From the NCBI GenBank assembly GCA_963748265.1, contig CAVVIG010000007.1, forward strand, positions 63,229-127,228: 64,000 nucleotides of DNA, given 5' to 3'. Position numbers and translations under genes: made by a program. Source of the DNA: an uncultured Acidobacteriota bacterium (lineage in GTDB: Bacteria; Acidobacteriota; Vicinamibacteria; Vicinamibacterales; CAVVIG01). Under the pieces are notes generated by a model. It searched no databases. It saw only the letters and a list, made by a program, of their open reading frames with translations, and was not told the DNA's origin. The number at the start of each line of letters is the position of its first letter. Within the stretch, counting starts at the first letter, position 1. Below are positions 30,487-40,344 of this stretch, one piece after another.

Positions 30487-30934
30487 TTATGGCCGGCGTC
30501 CGTAGTTCCGGCGGTAGTGCGTGTGGCATGTCACGCACGACTGATAGAGCTGGTCGTTCAGGTCGGTCAGCGCGTCCACGTTCTTCGCCTTCGCGGCCTT
30601 GAAGGCGGCCAGTCCCGCGTCGCGCATCAACTTCGCATCGACGAGCCAGCGGTCCTCGTCGCGCATGTGCGCCGGCATCATCAGCAGGTTGCCCGATTCG
30701 GCGACCATGAGCGCCTTGCCCTGCAGCTCGGTCCACTCCGCGTCGGTCTTCGGGGTGCGCGTGGTGATGTAGAAAATCGCGTCCGACGCCGGATAGATGA
30801 CGGTAATCATCAACTCGCTCATGGTGCCGACCGGCATCTGCGCTGGGCGGTCCGGCGCCGATTGTCCGGCAGCTGCCGGGACGGCGAGACCCCAGACGAC
30901 GATCAGGCCTGCCGCCAGCGCGTGTCGAAACCAC
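30487..30934 (-). CDS. Cytochrome c'-like periplasmic protein (start uncertain)
   Basis: ESGNLLMM and LYQSCVTCHTHY; paralog of the downstream gene. The signal-like RHALAAGLIVVWGLAVPAAAG has no in-frame start unless GTG 30934 is shifted by one base. Confidence 0.75.
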
Positions 30935-31048
30935 CCTCCAGTTCTCCGACGCGCGAACTCACGAACCGCCGCGGGTCCGTTCCAGGTTGACTTACAGGAA
31001 AGGGGGGTGATATCTAACAACCGCTCCCAAGACGGAATCGAATTCCCC

Positions 31049-31609
31049 ATGTCCCTACTTCCGTTCTGCGAATGGCTCGCCAACACGCCTGGCAGCATCG
31101 CCCTGCACGAATCGCTGTTCATGTACCCGCTGGTCGAATCGGTGCACGTGCTGACACTGTGCCTGTTCGTCGGCATGACGATGTTGCTCGACCTGAGGCT
31201 GCTCGGCATCACGCTGCGTCGCGTGCCGGTCGCCGACGTCGTCGAGCGCCTGCAGCCGTGGATGCTCGTTGGCTTCTTCATCATGGTGGTCAGCGGCGTG
31301 CTGCTCTTTTACGCGATCCCCATCCGCTCTTACCAGAACATCTTCTTCAGGATCAAGGCTGTCTTCCTGGTCCTCGCCGGCCTGAACGCGCTGATGTTCC
31401 ATACCGGTATCTTCCGGTCGGTGGCGAGCTGGGGACGCGAGCTGGAGCCGCCGAAGCGCGCCCGCATCGCCGGCGCGACGTCGCTGCTCCTCTGGGCCGG
31501 CATCATCATCACCGGCCGCATGATCGCGTACAACTGGTTCGACTGCGACAAGCCGCAGCCTCGCTGGGTCCAGGTCGCGACGGGCTGCAGCTACGACCCC
31601 CAGAACTAG
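31049..31609 (+). CDS. DUF6644-type 4-TM membrane protein
   Basis: CEWLANT, YPLVESVHVL, DLRLLG, FRIK, SLLLW...GRMIAY. Confidence 0.8.
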   Translation: MSLLPFCEWLANTPGSIALHESLFMYPLVESVHVLTLCLFVGMTMLLDLRLLGITLRRVPVADVVERLQPWMLVGFFIMVVSGVLLFYAIPIRSYQNIFFRIKAVFLVLAGLNALMFHTGIFRSVASWGRELEPPKRARIAGATSLLLWAGIIITGRMIAYNWFDCDKPQPRWVQVATGCSYDPQN

Positions 31610-31618
31610 GGATCCCCG

Positions 31619-32098
31619 ATGGACCTGCTTCCGTTCTTTCAGTGGTCAGAAGAAACCGGGCTCGGCCGGGCAGTGCGCGAGTCGGTCTGGGCGTTCGCGG
31701 TCATCGAGTCTGTACACCTGCTCGCGCTGGCGACGCTGGGAGGCGCAACCCTGGTCGTGGACATGCGGATGCTCAACCTGGGGCTCCGCAGCCGCCCGGT
31801 CTCCGAGCTCGCCCGCGACACGCAGCGGTTCGTCCGGGCCGGACTCGCCGTGCTCATCGTCTCCGGCATCGCGCTGTTCGCGTCCGAGGCGGTGAAGTGC
31901 TACTACAGCTATCCGTTCTGGGTGAAGATGAGCGCCCTGATCCTCGCGATCGGGTTCACCTTCACGATCCGCAGACGTGTGGCGCTGGCTTCCGAAGGCC
32001 AGGTATCGGGCGGCATGCAGATGCTGGTCGCGGTCGTGTCCATCGCGCTCTGGTTCACCGTGGCCGCGAGCGGGCGCTGGATCGGCTTCTCGGGATAG
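31619..32098 (+). CDS. DUF6644-type 4-TM membrane protein (paralog)
   Basis: FQWSEET, IESVHLL, DMRML, FWVKM, SIALW...GRWIGF. Confidence 0.8.
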   Translation: MDLLPFFQWSEETGLGRAVRESVWAFAVIESVHLLALATLGGATLVVDMRMLNLGLRSRPVSELARDTQRFVRAGLAVLIVSGIALFASEAVKCYYSYPFWVKMSALILAIGFTFTIRRRVALASEGQVSGGMQMLVAVVSIALWFTVAASGRWIGFSG

Positions 32099-32119
32099 GG
32101 ACACGTTCGCATACGCAAA

Positions 32120-32158
32120 GAAGGCACGAGGCCTCCCCCTGGGAAGCTTCGTGCCTTC
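32120..32158. terminator. Hairpin between convergent genes
   Basis: GAAGGCACGAGGC ... GCTTCGTGCCTTC stem. Confidence 0.55.
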
Positions 32159-32182
32159 GGGTCTTCGTGAGGTGGTCGCGGT

Positions 32183-32647
32183 CTAGCGAGGCGGCTCGGT
32201 CGGGTCCGAGCCGTCCTTCGGGGCACCGGTGCCGGACGAGCCCATGAACAGCTTGCGGCCGTCCGTGAACGTGATGTTCCGGCCGTTCCCGCGCATCAGC
32301 GAGTGGTCGCGAGTCTGGTACCCGTCCACGACGATCTCCGTGCCGACCTTCAGCGAGTCCCTGTTGATACCGCGGCGCAGCAGCGTGTTCGGCGTGCCGC
32401 CCTCGACGGCCCAGTCCTCGCTCTGCCCGTTCAGGCTCTTCTTCTCGCCTGCGACGGTCACTTCCTTGGCGGCCAGATGAATCCACGCGTGTGGGTTCAC
32501 CCACTCCACCTTGGTCACCGCACCCCTCAGCAGGATCGGGCGGTTGGGGTCGAACTCGCCGCCGAACGCGTGATGGGCCACAAGCGGGGCGACCGCGGTC
32601 GCGACCAGCGCGGCCCCGCCGAGTAAGACGCACACTGTCTTCTTCAT
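32183..32647 (-). CDS. DUF6152-type periplasmic protein
   Basis: Signal peptide then AHHAFGGEFD; GAVTKVEWVNPHAWI, WAVEGGTPNTLLRRG. Confidence 0.82.
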   Translation of the reverse strand: MKKTVCVLLGGAALVATAVAPLVAHHAFGGEFDPNRPILLRGAVTKVEWVNPHAWIHLAAKEVTVAGEKKSLNGQSEDWAVEGGTPNTLLRRGINRDSLKVGTEIVVDGYQTRDHSLMRGNGRNITFTDGRKLFMGSSGTGAPKDGSDPTEPPR

Positions 32648-32668
32648 CGTGTTCCTCTTGTGGCTATT

Positions 32669-33763
32669 CTAACGGTCCGAGCCATTCTTTGCGTCAGCTT
32701 CCCGCTGGCGCGCCCCCCGCAGGATGTTGCCGAGGGCGTAGTTCGCCTCGTGACACGCATATTCGTACATCAGGTCGGCCGTTGCCGGCCAGTTGTATTC
32801 GCCCGTCCACGGCACCGGCCACGTGTCGGGGTCCTCGACGGTGAACCGGTAGAGCAGCGTCCGGCCGTCGAGACGGGAGAACCGCTCCGTCACCTTCAGC
32901 TTCTCGGTGGATCCCCTGAACCTGGTCTTCCCGGTGAAGTTCGTCGTCTCGACCACGAGAGTGTCGGCTTCCCACCAGCCGATGGAGTCGCCCATCCAGC
33001 TTCGGACCGACGGCGGCCGGTGGGCGCCGTTGATGCGCACGATCCGGGCATCGTGGTTCATCTCGTTGAGAATCACAACGGTGTCCCGCGTCTGCACGAT
33101 CGTGTGGAGGTTGTTGTAGAGGACCGGCAGCGCGGGCGGACCTGACGTGGACCCGAACCCAAGCAGGCAGCGCTCGCCGAGCGGACGCCGCTCGGGATCG
33201 TCGTAGGCGCCAGGACCTTCGAGTCCGGGATCGCCGCGCTCCTGCTCGTCAGATGTCGTGCGCACAGTGCGTGCGGCTTGTCGCTGACGGGCAGCCGCGG
33301 TCATCGCGGGCACCCGGCCGTCTGGCGGATCGATGACGATGGACGTCCGCTTCTGGCCGTTGATGGTGACGTAGGCGGTGCCGTTGTCGATCCAGAAGTT
33401 GTTGTAGCCGCCGACGTTGCCGGCCGCACCGGTCGACCCGTCGCCGCCGACCGGCGGCGCCTGGCGATCGCCGTCGGACGGACGCGCGGCCTGGTCGCGA
33501 CGAGCGGCCTGAGCCGACTCGAGCCGTCGCGCCTGCTCCGGGGTCATCGTCAACTGAGTGCCGAAGGCGGCTGGACGTTCGAGCGGGGTCAGGGTCGCAA
33601 GGTCGTAGGTCCCCTGCAAATCCGGCTGGCCGTCGGGGGTGCGGGCGGCGGACGCAGCTGGAGGCGCAGTTTGTCCGACAGACAGATCCGGCCACGCAGC
33701 CACCGCAACCACCAGGGCGGCGATGACCGCGAGGGCCTGTGTGCGAGCCTCGAGGGGGCCCAC
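32669..33763 (-). CDS. Secreted hypothetical protein (PDLxG / GDSxGxWEGDTLVVET family)
   Basis: GTG 33763 with AGGAGG RBS; RTPDGQPDLQG, DPPDGRVP, RCL, GDSIGWWEADTLVVET, EYACHE. Confidence 0.8.
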   Translation of the reverse strand: MGPLEARTQALAVIAALVVAVAAWPDLSVGQTAPPAASAARTPDGQPDLQGTYDLATLTPLERPAAFGTQLTMTPEQARRLESAQAARRDQAARPSDGDRQAPPVGGDGSTGAAGNVGGYNNFWIDNGTAYVTINGQKRTSIVIDPPDGRVPAMTAAARQRQAARTVRTTSDEQERGDPGLEGPGAYDDPERRPLGERCLLGFGSTSGPPALPVLYNNLHTIVQTRDTVVILNEMNHDARIVRINGAHRPPSVRSWMGDSIGWWEADTLVVETTNFTGKTRFRGSTEKLKVTERFSRLDGRTLLYRFTVEDPDTWPVPWTGEYNWPATADLMYEYACHEANYALGNILRGARQREADAKNGSDR

Positions 33764-33771
33764 CGCTCCTC

Positions 33772-34642
33772 CTATCGGCTCAGGGGCACCTTCCGCCACT
33801 GGCCGTACATCAGCTCCTCGACGAACTCGACGCACTTGAAGTCGAGCAGCTGGACACCCTTGTCGAGACGCCGGTAGAGCGGCATCGACATCTTCCAGGG
33901 ACGGGTGAACACCTGCGGGTCCTCGATGGTCGCCTCGTAGGTGATCACGTCCGCCGCGGTGCGCGTGTAGCGCTCGGTGACCTTCATCTCCGCGCTGTGG
34001 AAGTTGCCCGCCCGATCGAACCAGGTCTGGTCGTTGAACCCGTTGCTCGTGACGACGAGCGTGTCGCCTTCCCAGCGGCCGAACGACTGCCCCATCCACG
34101 AGTCCACCGGGGGAGGACCGGGGTCCTTCAGGTAGATGTTCCGGACGGCGCCGGCGTACTCGATAGGCCATGAAGATCGCCGAGTTGCTGTGGAAGATCT
34201 GGAACGGCTACGGCATGTAGGTCGCCCGCGGCACGCCCGGGAGGTAGCACTTGACCTCGGGGTCCGACGTCACCCAGTTCTCGCGGTTCTTGTTCCGCTG
34301 CGTGAGCGCTTCAGGCTTGTACGGGAGCTCGCCTTCCACCACCCCGATCCCCGGCGGCACTGCCCCCACGGCGCCCAGCGCGAGCACCGGTGGTGCCGGC
34401 ACCGGGCCGTACGGCCCCGGCCGCACCTGCATCGCAGGACGCGCCATGTGCATTTCGATGTCGAAGTTGGCTTCGTTCATCGCCTGCCAGATGCCGTTCA
34501 GGTCCGGGTGCCCGTCGGCGGCACGCGGCGCGCGGTAGGCGGCCGGCTGCTGCCCCGACACGGGCATGACGAAAATCGACACGACAGCGGCGAGTGCGGC
34601 GCCGGCGGCTGCCGCGAGCAGAGTGCGCATCCCCTGTGACAT
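33772..34642 (-). CDS. Paralogous secreted hypothetical protein (in-frame TAG at 34208-34210 and frameshift ~34163)
   Basis: DGHPDLNGIW, DPEVKCYLPGVPR, GQSFGRWEGDTLVV, DFKCVE. Confidence 0.72.
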
Positions 34643-34689
34643 CAGCGGTGTCCCCTTCCCCGAGGACTATACGGATTGCACGGCGCGTG

Positions 34690-35868
34690 TCAAGGCAACC
34701 GCCGAGCGCGAATCCGCGCGAAAAGGTCGTCGATCCTGGCCACAACGGTCGGCCAGCGGTATTCGCGCTCGACGTATGCGAGGCCCTGCCGACCGAGCTG
34801 CCGGGCGAGGTCGGCCCGCTCCAGCAGGAGCGTGATACCGCGCGCGAACTCGTCGTAGTTCCGGTAGTACAGGGCGCCGTCGGAGCGCAGCGCCTGCCCC
34901 TTCAGGACGGCGCAGTGCCCGTTCACGATGGCCGGCAAGCCGTGGTTCCACGCCTCGAGCAGCACCAGGCTGAGGCTCTCGTACCGCGACGGCATCACCA
35001 GCAGCGCGGCGTGCTGCATCAGCGCATCCCGGGTCGCCTCGTCGATGAACCCCAGATAGCGGATGTCCGGATGGTCGGGCAGCGGCATGCTGGCGGGGCC
35101 GGCCATGACGAGCTGCAGGCTCCCCGGATGCTCCGCCTTGTACCGGACGAAGTGCTGAATCAGGTCCGCGCATCCCTTGTTCGGATCGATCCGCCCGAGG
35201 TACAGGATGAACGGCTCGCGGATGGCGTCGGGCAGACCGCGCGCCGGAGACGCTGGCTGCACCGGGTCGAGTCCCGATCCGATGACGCACGAGGGCGCCG
35301 GGACGCCGGCAATCCGCCGCTCGACCAGCTCCTGCTCCTCCGGCGTCAGGAAGACGAAGCCAGCCGGTCGCGCGAAGAATTGCTCCAGGACGCTCATGCG
35401 AATGACCGGATCGTCCTCGGCGGTCGGGACGAGGATGGCGCGATCCTCCACGAGCGGCAGACCGAAGTACACCTCGGCATATCGGAACGCCCAGAACAGG
35501 ACCCAGTCGTACGAACCGCCGGCGGTGCGGAGGTGCTCGAGGAGTCCCGGCGCGTCGGGGCCGTTCTCGCGGAACCACTCCTCCTGCGCCGCATCGGACG
35601 CCGTACCGCTGAATGCCAGCTCGCTCGCCTCGGCGAAGCGGTGCAGCGACCGCGGACGAGCCACGGCGAACCGCCGCAGCGTCAGCGCGCCGAACTGCGA
35701 GACCCCCTCGGGATAGGCGTTTCCCCAGGAGATGTGATCCTTCGCGCAGGTCGTGAGGATGGTGACGTCGTGTTCACGCGCCAGGTGCTCGGCGACGTGA
35801 CGGCAGTGCGCCTCCGATCCGCCGGCGATGTCGGCGCCAAAGCGGTGTACCACGCAGGCGAGCTTCAT
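34690..35868 (-). CDS. Glycosyltransferase family 4
   Basis: GGSE, YLGRIDPNKG, PSRYESLSLVLLEAW. Confidence 0.9.
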   Translation of the reverse strand: MKLACVVHRFGADIAGGSEAHCRHVAEHLAREHDVTILTTCAKDHISWGNAYPEGVSQFGALTLRRFAVARPRSLHRFAEASELAFSGTASDAAQEEWFRENGPDAPGLLEHLRTAGGSYDWVLFWAFRYAEVYFGLPLVEDRAILVPTAEDDPVIRMSVLEQFFARPAGFVFLTPEEQELVERRIAGVPAPSCVIGSGLDPVQPASPARGLPDAIREPFILYLGRIDPNKGCADLIQHFVRYKAEHPGSLQLVMAGPASMPLPDHPDIRYLGFIDEATRDALMQHAALLVMPSRYESLSLVLLEAWNHGLPAIVNGHCAVLKGQALRSDGALYYRNYDEFARGITLLLERADLARQLGRQGLAYVEREYRWPTVVARIDDLFARIRARRLP

Positions 35869-35874
35869 GCGGCG

Positions 35875-36372
35875 CTAGGAGGCTGGTGTGTCGCTCGCCG
35901 GGATGTCGCCGCGCCCGGCCACCGGCGCCGAGGGTTGAATCCCCTCCTGGCGCAGCGCCTCACGCAGGCGGGCATTCTCGATGGCGAGCTCCTCGATGCA
36001 GGCGAACAGCACCGCGTTGATGCGGCGCTGACGCCTGAAGTTCTCGAGGCTGAACTCGTACAGCCATCGCATCAGCGGCAGCAGCACGCGCCGCTTGACG
36101 CCGATGAGGAACGATCCGATGACGGGCCGGTGGCTCGCATAGCGCAGGTGCAGCGCGAGCTGCCAGTCAGGGTTCCCGCTCATCAGGTCGGGCAGCAGGA
36201 GAGCGTCGTGGTCGCGGGCATCGATCGCCCGCCGAAGCACTTCGTCCACCCCTTCGTATACCGCGGGATCGCGATACTCCGCTGCCCCGCCGCGCGCCAG
36301 CAGCCGACGCCGCCGCATCTGGCGCACGTCGTCTTCGATCTCGCGCATCAACTGCTCGACCGGCACGTGCAT
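35875..36372 (-). CDS. Hypothetical protein (precedes GT4)
   Basis: VEQLMREI, SHRPVIG, coiled-coil end; tightly packed with its neighbours. Confidence 0.7.
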   Translation of the reverse strand: MHVPVEQLMREIEDDVRQMRRRRLLARGGAAEYRDPAVYEGVDEVLRRAIDARDHDALLLPDLMSGNPDWQLALHLRYASHRPVIGSFLIGVKRRVLLPLMRWLYEFSLENFRRQRRINAVLFACIEELAIENARLREALRQEGIQPSAPVAGRGDIPASDTPAS

Positions 36373-36759
36373 CTATTTCTTCGTTGCCGTGAAGGTGCCG
36401 TTGCCGACGCCCGTGATGCTGATCGTGCCCTTCATCGTCGTCGGATTTTCGACGGTGCCGCGGTAGCTCACGGGAATCGCATTGCCCTGCAGCGACGCGT
36501 TGAAGCTGAATTCGACGGTGTTGCCCTTGACGGTGCCGGTGATCTCCGCCTCGCCGAGCGTCGAACCGGAGTAGTGGCCCGTGAGCTTCTCGCCGTCCTG
36601 CTTGAAGGATGCTTTCGCCTCCCCCGGGCCGGCGTCGGTCTGGACGTCGAAGCTCCAGTCGCCGGTCACGTTCACCTTGTCCTGGGCATCCACGGCCGCA
36701 GCGCCGAGGCACACGAGCACTGCGAGCACCAGCGCGATCCGGCGCAGTCCGATCATCAT
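36373..36759 (-). CDS. Small secreted beta-barrel-like protein
   Basis: AAGGAGG RBS; signal peptide; NVTGDW...GTFTATKK. Confidence 0.78.
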   Translation of the reverse strand: MMIGLRRIALVLAVLVCLGAAAVDAQDKVNVTGDWSFDVQTDAGPGEAKASFKQDGEKLTGHYSGSTLGEAEITGTVKGNTVEFSFNASLQGNAIPVSYRGTVENPTTMKGTISITGVGNGTFTATKK

Positions 36760-36788
36760 CAACGCCTCCTTGGTGGGCTCATTATGAC

Positions 36789-38205
36789 TCAGTCGCCAGC
36801 CAGCCGCGGCAGTCCGATCGGCTGCATCCCCTGCACGATCGCCGCAAGCGCCAGCACCGACTCCTCGTCTGACGGCCGTCCGACAATCTGCAGTCCGACC
36901 GGGAGTCCTTCGTCGTCGAGCCCGCATGGAACCGACGCGACCGGGAGTGCGGTCATGCTCAGGACGAAGGTCGGCGCGATCCAGTCGACGTAGGTGGCCA
37001 TCGGCCGCCCGCCGATCGAGTCGGGATAGTTCTGCTCGACGACGAACGGCGGCACCGCCATGCACGGCGCGAGCACATGATCGAACCGCTGGAACAGGTC
37101 GCGGAAGCGCAGCCAGATCCGGTTGCGCTCCTGCTCCGCCTCGGCGATGTCGCCGACGCCGAGCGCGAGGCCGGCGCGCACGTTGTTGGCGACGTTCGTG
37201 CCGAAGCGGTCTGCGTGCTGCATCCGAGGCGCCAGATGGGTAGCGAACCAGAGTCCACGCAGGGTGAGGAACGCCTTCCGGGCGGCAGCCAGGTTCACAT
37301 CGACCTCTTCGACCAGCGCGCCCGCATCCGACAGCTGGAAGGCCGCCCGCCGGCAGCGCTGTTCGATGACAGGGTCGACCCCGATGCGCGCCGGATCCGC
37401 GCAGTATGCGATGCGTGCACCGGGACGGATGCCCGCGGCCGCGGCTGCGACAAAGTCACGGCCCGCCGTCGGGCTGCCGCAGCGGCGACCAGTCGCTTGC
37501 GCCGGCGATCGCCTGGAGCATCAGCGCCACGTCTCCAGCCGTGCGCGCCATCGGGCCGGTCACCTGCAGGCTGTCCCACGCCCAGTCGGTCGGCGAGGTC
37601 GGCACGAGCCCGATCGACGGGCGCAGGCCGACGATGCCGCAGAACGAGGCCGGGATGCGGAGCGAGCCGCCGAGATCCGTTCCCTCGGCGAGCGCGATCA
37701 TGCCGCTGGCGAGCGCCGCGGCGCCGCCGCCCGTTGAACCGCCGGCGCTGCGACTCGTGTTCCAGGGATTGCGCGTCCGCCCGAACACGTCGTTGAACGT
37801 GTTGCCGCCGGCCGCGAACTCGGGGCAGTTCGTCTTCCCGAGGATGACGGCGCCTGCATCGCGCAGGCGCTGCACGACGAGCGCGTCGTCGTCGGGGACG
37901 TGGTCGGCGTAGATCGTCGACCCGTAGGTCGTGCGCAGCGATGCGACCGGAGTGACGTCCTTGATGCCGACCGGCACACCGCACAGAAGCCCCGGTTCCC
38001 CGCCAGCCGCCAACCGGCGGTCGATCGCGCGCGCATCGTCCACGGCGTGGGGGTTGAGCGTGACGACGGCGTTGATGGTGCCGTTCAGTGCCGCCACGCG
38101 TGCGAGCGACGCCTCGACGACTTCGACCGCCGACACCTCGCGCCGTGCGACGAGCGCACGCAGTTCGGACGCGGGACGCTCGACGAGGGCGCCGGCGCCG
38201 CTCAC
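36789..38205 (-). CDS. Amidase-signature enzyme (+1 frameshift ~37470)
   Basis: GVPVGIKD, GKTNCPEF, GGSTGG, GTDLGGSLRIPA; C-terminal GLPVGLQIVG. Confidence 0.88.
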
Positions 38206-38999
38206 GGCTTCCAGTCCCCCGTGAACGCCACCACGCGCGCGAAGGCCGCTTCCCCGCCCTTGAACTTCCAGGGGAAGCAGCCGAGGATCAGCCGCTTGTT
38301 CTGCAGCTCCGGCGCATCGATGTCTCCGCCGAGGTTCTCGATGTGCATGCAGTTCTTCGGGAAGAGCGCGTTGTGCGTCAGCTGGTACGCCGAGTCTGGG
38401 AACAGCCTGGCGACGGCGTCAGGTCCGCCGAACTTCTCCTCGGCCTGTTTCCGCACGCGGTCGCAGTGCCCGAACATGCCCTTCCCGAGGAATCGTCCGA
38501 TCGGCAGGTTCATCGGATGGTCGGTCGACACGCAGTCCACTCCCCAGATGTGGATCTCCTTCTCGAGCAGCCACGGCACCATGTCGGGGTGCGCGCCGGG
38601 ATGGCGGTGGATGTACTTCTCCTCATCGGGCTCCGAACCGAACTGCGCGTGCTTGTGAAAGCCGGTGTGCAGGAAGAGCAGGTCGCCTTTCTTCACTTCC
38701 ACGCGGTCCTCGATCATCTTCGGCGTGTAGATGCCCAGTTCGTCCATCTCGTCCGAGAGGTTGACGATCACGCCCGATCCGCAGAGCCACTCGACGGGGA
38801 TCTCGTCGATCGTCATCCCGTTGGTCACGAAATGACGCGGCGCATCGAGGTGCGTGCCCATGTGATTCGACGTCTGGATGTACTGCGCGTTCACCCCGTG
38901 CTCGGCTTTCCGCTTGATGTACTTCACCTCGAAGGGCGGATAGTACGGCCAGAACGACACCTGCTCGTTCAACGGCTGCGACAGGTCGTAGATCTTCAT
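38202..38999 (-). CDS. Cyclase / kynurenine-formamidase-family metallohydrolase
   Basis: HMGTHLDAPRH (HxGTHxDxPxH), GVDCVSTD, IENL. Confidence 0.88.
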   Translation of the reverse strand: MKIYDLSQPLNEQVSFWPYYPPFEVKYIKRKAEHGVNAQYIQTSNHMGTHLDAPRHFVTNGMTIDEIPVEWLCGSGVIVNLSDEMDELGIYTPKMIEDRVEVKKGDLLFLHTGFHKHAQFGSEPDEEKYIHRHPGAHPDMVPWLLEKEIHIWGVDCVSTDHPMNLPIGRFLGKGMFGHCDRVRKQAEEKFGGPDAVARLFPDSAYQLTHNALFPKNCMHIENLGGDIDAPELQNKRLILGCFPWKFKGGEAAFARVVAFTGDWKP

Positions 39000-39874
39000 G
39001 AGGGCTCCAGGAGTGAGTGGAAGGCGCGCTCGAGCGCGCGCCTGGTCAGGACCGCGGCCAGCTGTCGGCGGTACCGCGGAGAAGCGTGAATGTCGCCCGC
39101 CGGATCGATGTCGTGCTGGGCCGACGCGTCGGCAGCCGCCCGGATCGCCTCACGCGTCGGGCGTTCACCCACGAGCGCGCGTGCAACCTCACGGGCCAGC
39201 ACCGGGCGGTCGCCCAGGCTCAGCAAGCCGACGCGCGCATCCGTGCAGACGCCGTCGGCGTCCACCGCGACGTGCGCCGCGACCCCGGCCAGCGCGAAGT
39301 CGCCGTGACGCCGCGACACCTCGTCGAACGCGAAGCCGGCCCGTGCGCGCCGCTTGGGAATGGCGATCGCCGTCAGCAGCTCGCCGGGCTCGAGTGCCGT
39401 CGAGAAGAGGCCCGTGAAGAAGTCGACCGCGGCCACCTCGCGCGTGCCGGCCGCGCTCCGCAGCGTGAACGTGGCATCGAGCGCCAGCATCACGGCAGGC
39501 AGTTCCGCCGCCGGATCGGCATGGGCGAGGCTGCCACCGATCGTCCCTCGCGTTCTGATCGCCATGTGCGCAACGAAGGGCATGGCCGCGGTGACGAGTG
39601 GAACGTCGCGGGCGACGTCGGCGCTGCGTTCCAGCGTGCGATGCCTCGTCATGCCGCCCACGCGGACCGCGTCCCGCCCCGCCTCGATGTATGCGAGCGC
39701 CTCGATGCGGTTCAGATCGACCAGCACGGAGGGCGCCGCGAGCCGGAAGTTCATGGCCGGGATGAGGCTCTGGCCGCCAGCCAGCGGCTTCGCATCCGGG
39801 CCGTGCTGCTGCAGCAGGGCGAGCGCCTCGTCCAGCGTCGCGGGTGCGTGGTAGTCGAAGGCGGCCGGTTTCAT
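38996..39874 (-). CDS. Xanthine-dehydrogenase-family FAD-binding subunit (CoxM-like)
   Basis: MKPAAFDY, LAGGQSLIP, IRTRGTIGGSLAHADPAAE, RRHGDFA. Confidence 0.92.
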   Translation of the reverse strand: MKPAAFDYHAPATLDEALALLQQHGPDAKPLAGGQSLIPAMNFRLAAPSVLVDLNRIEALAYIEAGRDAVRVGGMTRHRTLERSADVARDVPLVTAAMPFVAHMAIRTRGTIGGSLAHADPAAELPAVMLALDATFTLRSAAGTREVAAVDFFTGLFSTALEPGELLTAIAIPKRRARAGFAFDEVSRRHGDFALAGVAAHVAVDADGVCTDARVGLLSLGDRPVLAREVARALVGERPTREAIRAAADASAQHDIDPAGDIHASPRYRRQLAAVLTRRALERAFHSLLEPS

Positions 39875-40344
39875 TCGGTCGCACGCTCCGGCGCGGCGAG
39901 CCGGGCCTTCAGTTCGCGGTCGAGCGACTGAAGCGCCTGGGTCATCATCGACCGGCTGACCGAGTCGAGCATCCTCTGCCCGACAGCGGCGATCGTCCCG
40001 CCCACCAGCACGTTCGCGTTGTACCGCATCGTCGTCTGCTGCGGAGCGGCTTCGGCGAGCTCGATGGTGGCGGTGCCGCGTGTGTGGCCGAGCGGGCCTT
40101 TGCCTTCGAGCTGCATCACGAAGCGTTCGGGCTCCGTCTTGTCCATGAGCGTGACGATGACGTCGAAGCGCGCTGCTGTGACCGGACCGACGCTTGCCTT
40201 CATCACGCCACGATACTGATCCGGCCCGACCAGCTCGAGGCGTTCGGTACCTGGCAGCGCCCGTGCCAGCACCGCCGGATCCTGCAGGAGCGTCCACACC
40301 GTCTGGCGCGGACCGTTGAACGTGAACGTCCCCTCGAGAGTCAT
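39871..40344 (-). CDS. CoxG/SRPBCC-family protein
   Basis: VWTLLQDP..LARALPG, VGPV, GGTIAAVGQR. Confidence 0.88.
   Translation of the reverse strand: MTLEGTFTFNGPRQTVWTLLQDPAVLARALPGTERLELVGPDQYRGVMKASVGPVTAARFDVIVTLMDKTEPERFVMQLEGKGPLGHTRGTATIELAEAAPQQTTMRYNANVLVGGTIAAVGQRMLDSVSRSMMTQALQSLDRELKARLAAPERATE

Noticed and set aside
34208..34210. In-frame TAG as pyrrolysine or readthrough
   Set aside because: A TAC>TAG error (YMPYPFQI) is simpler, an indel lies ~45 bp away, and no pyl genes are in the window.
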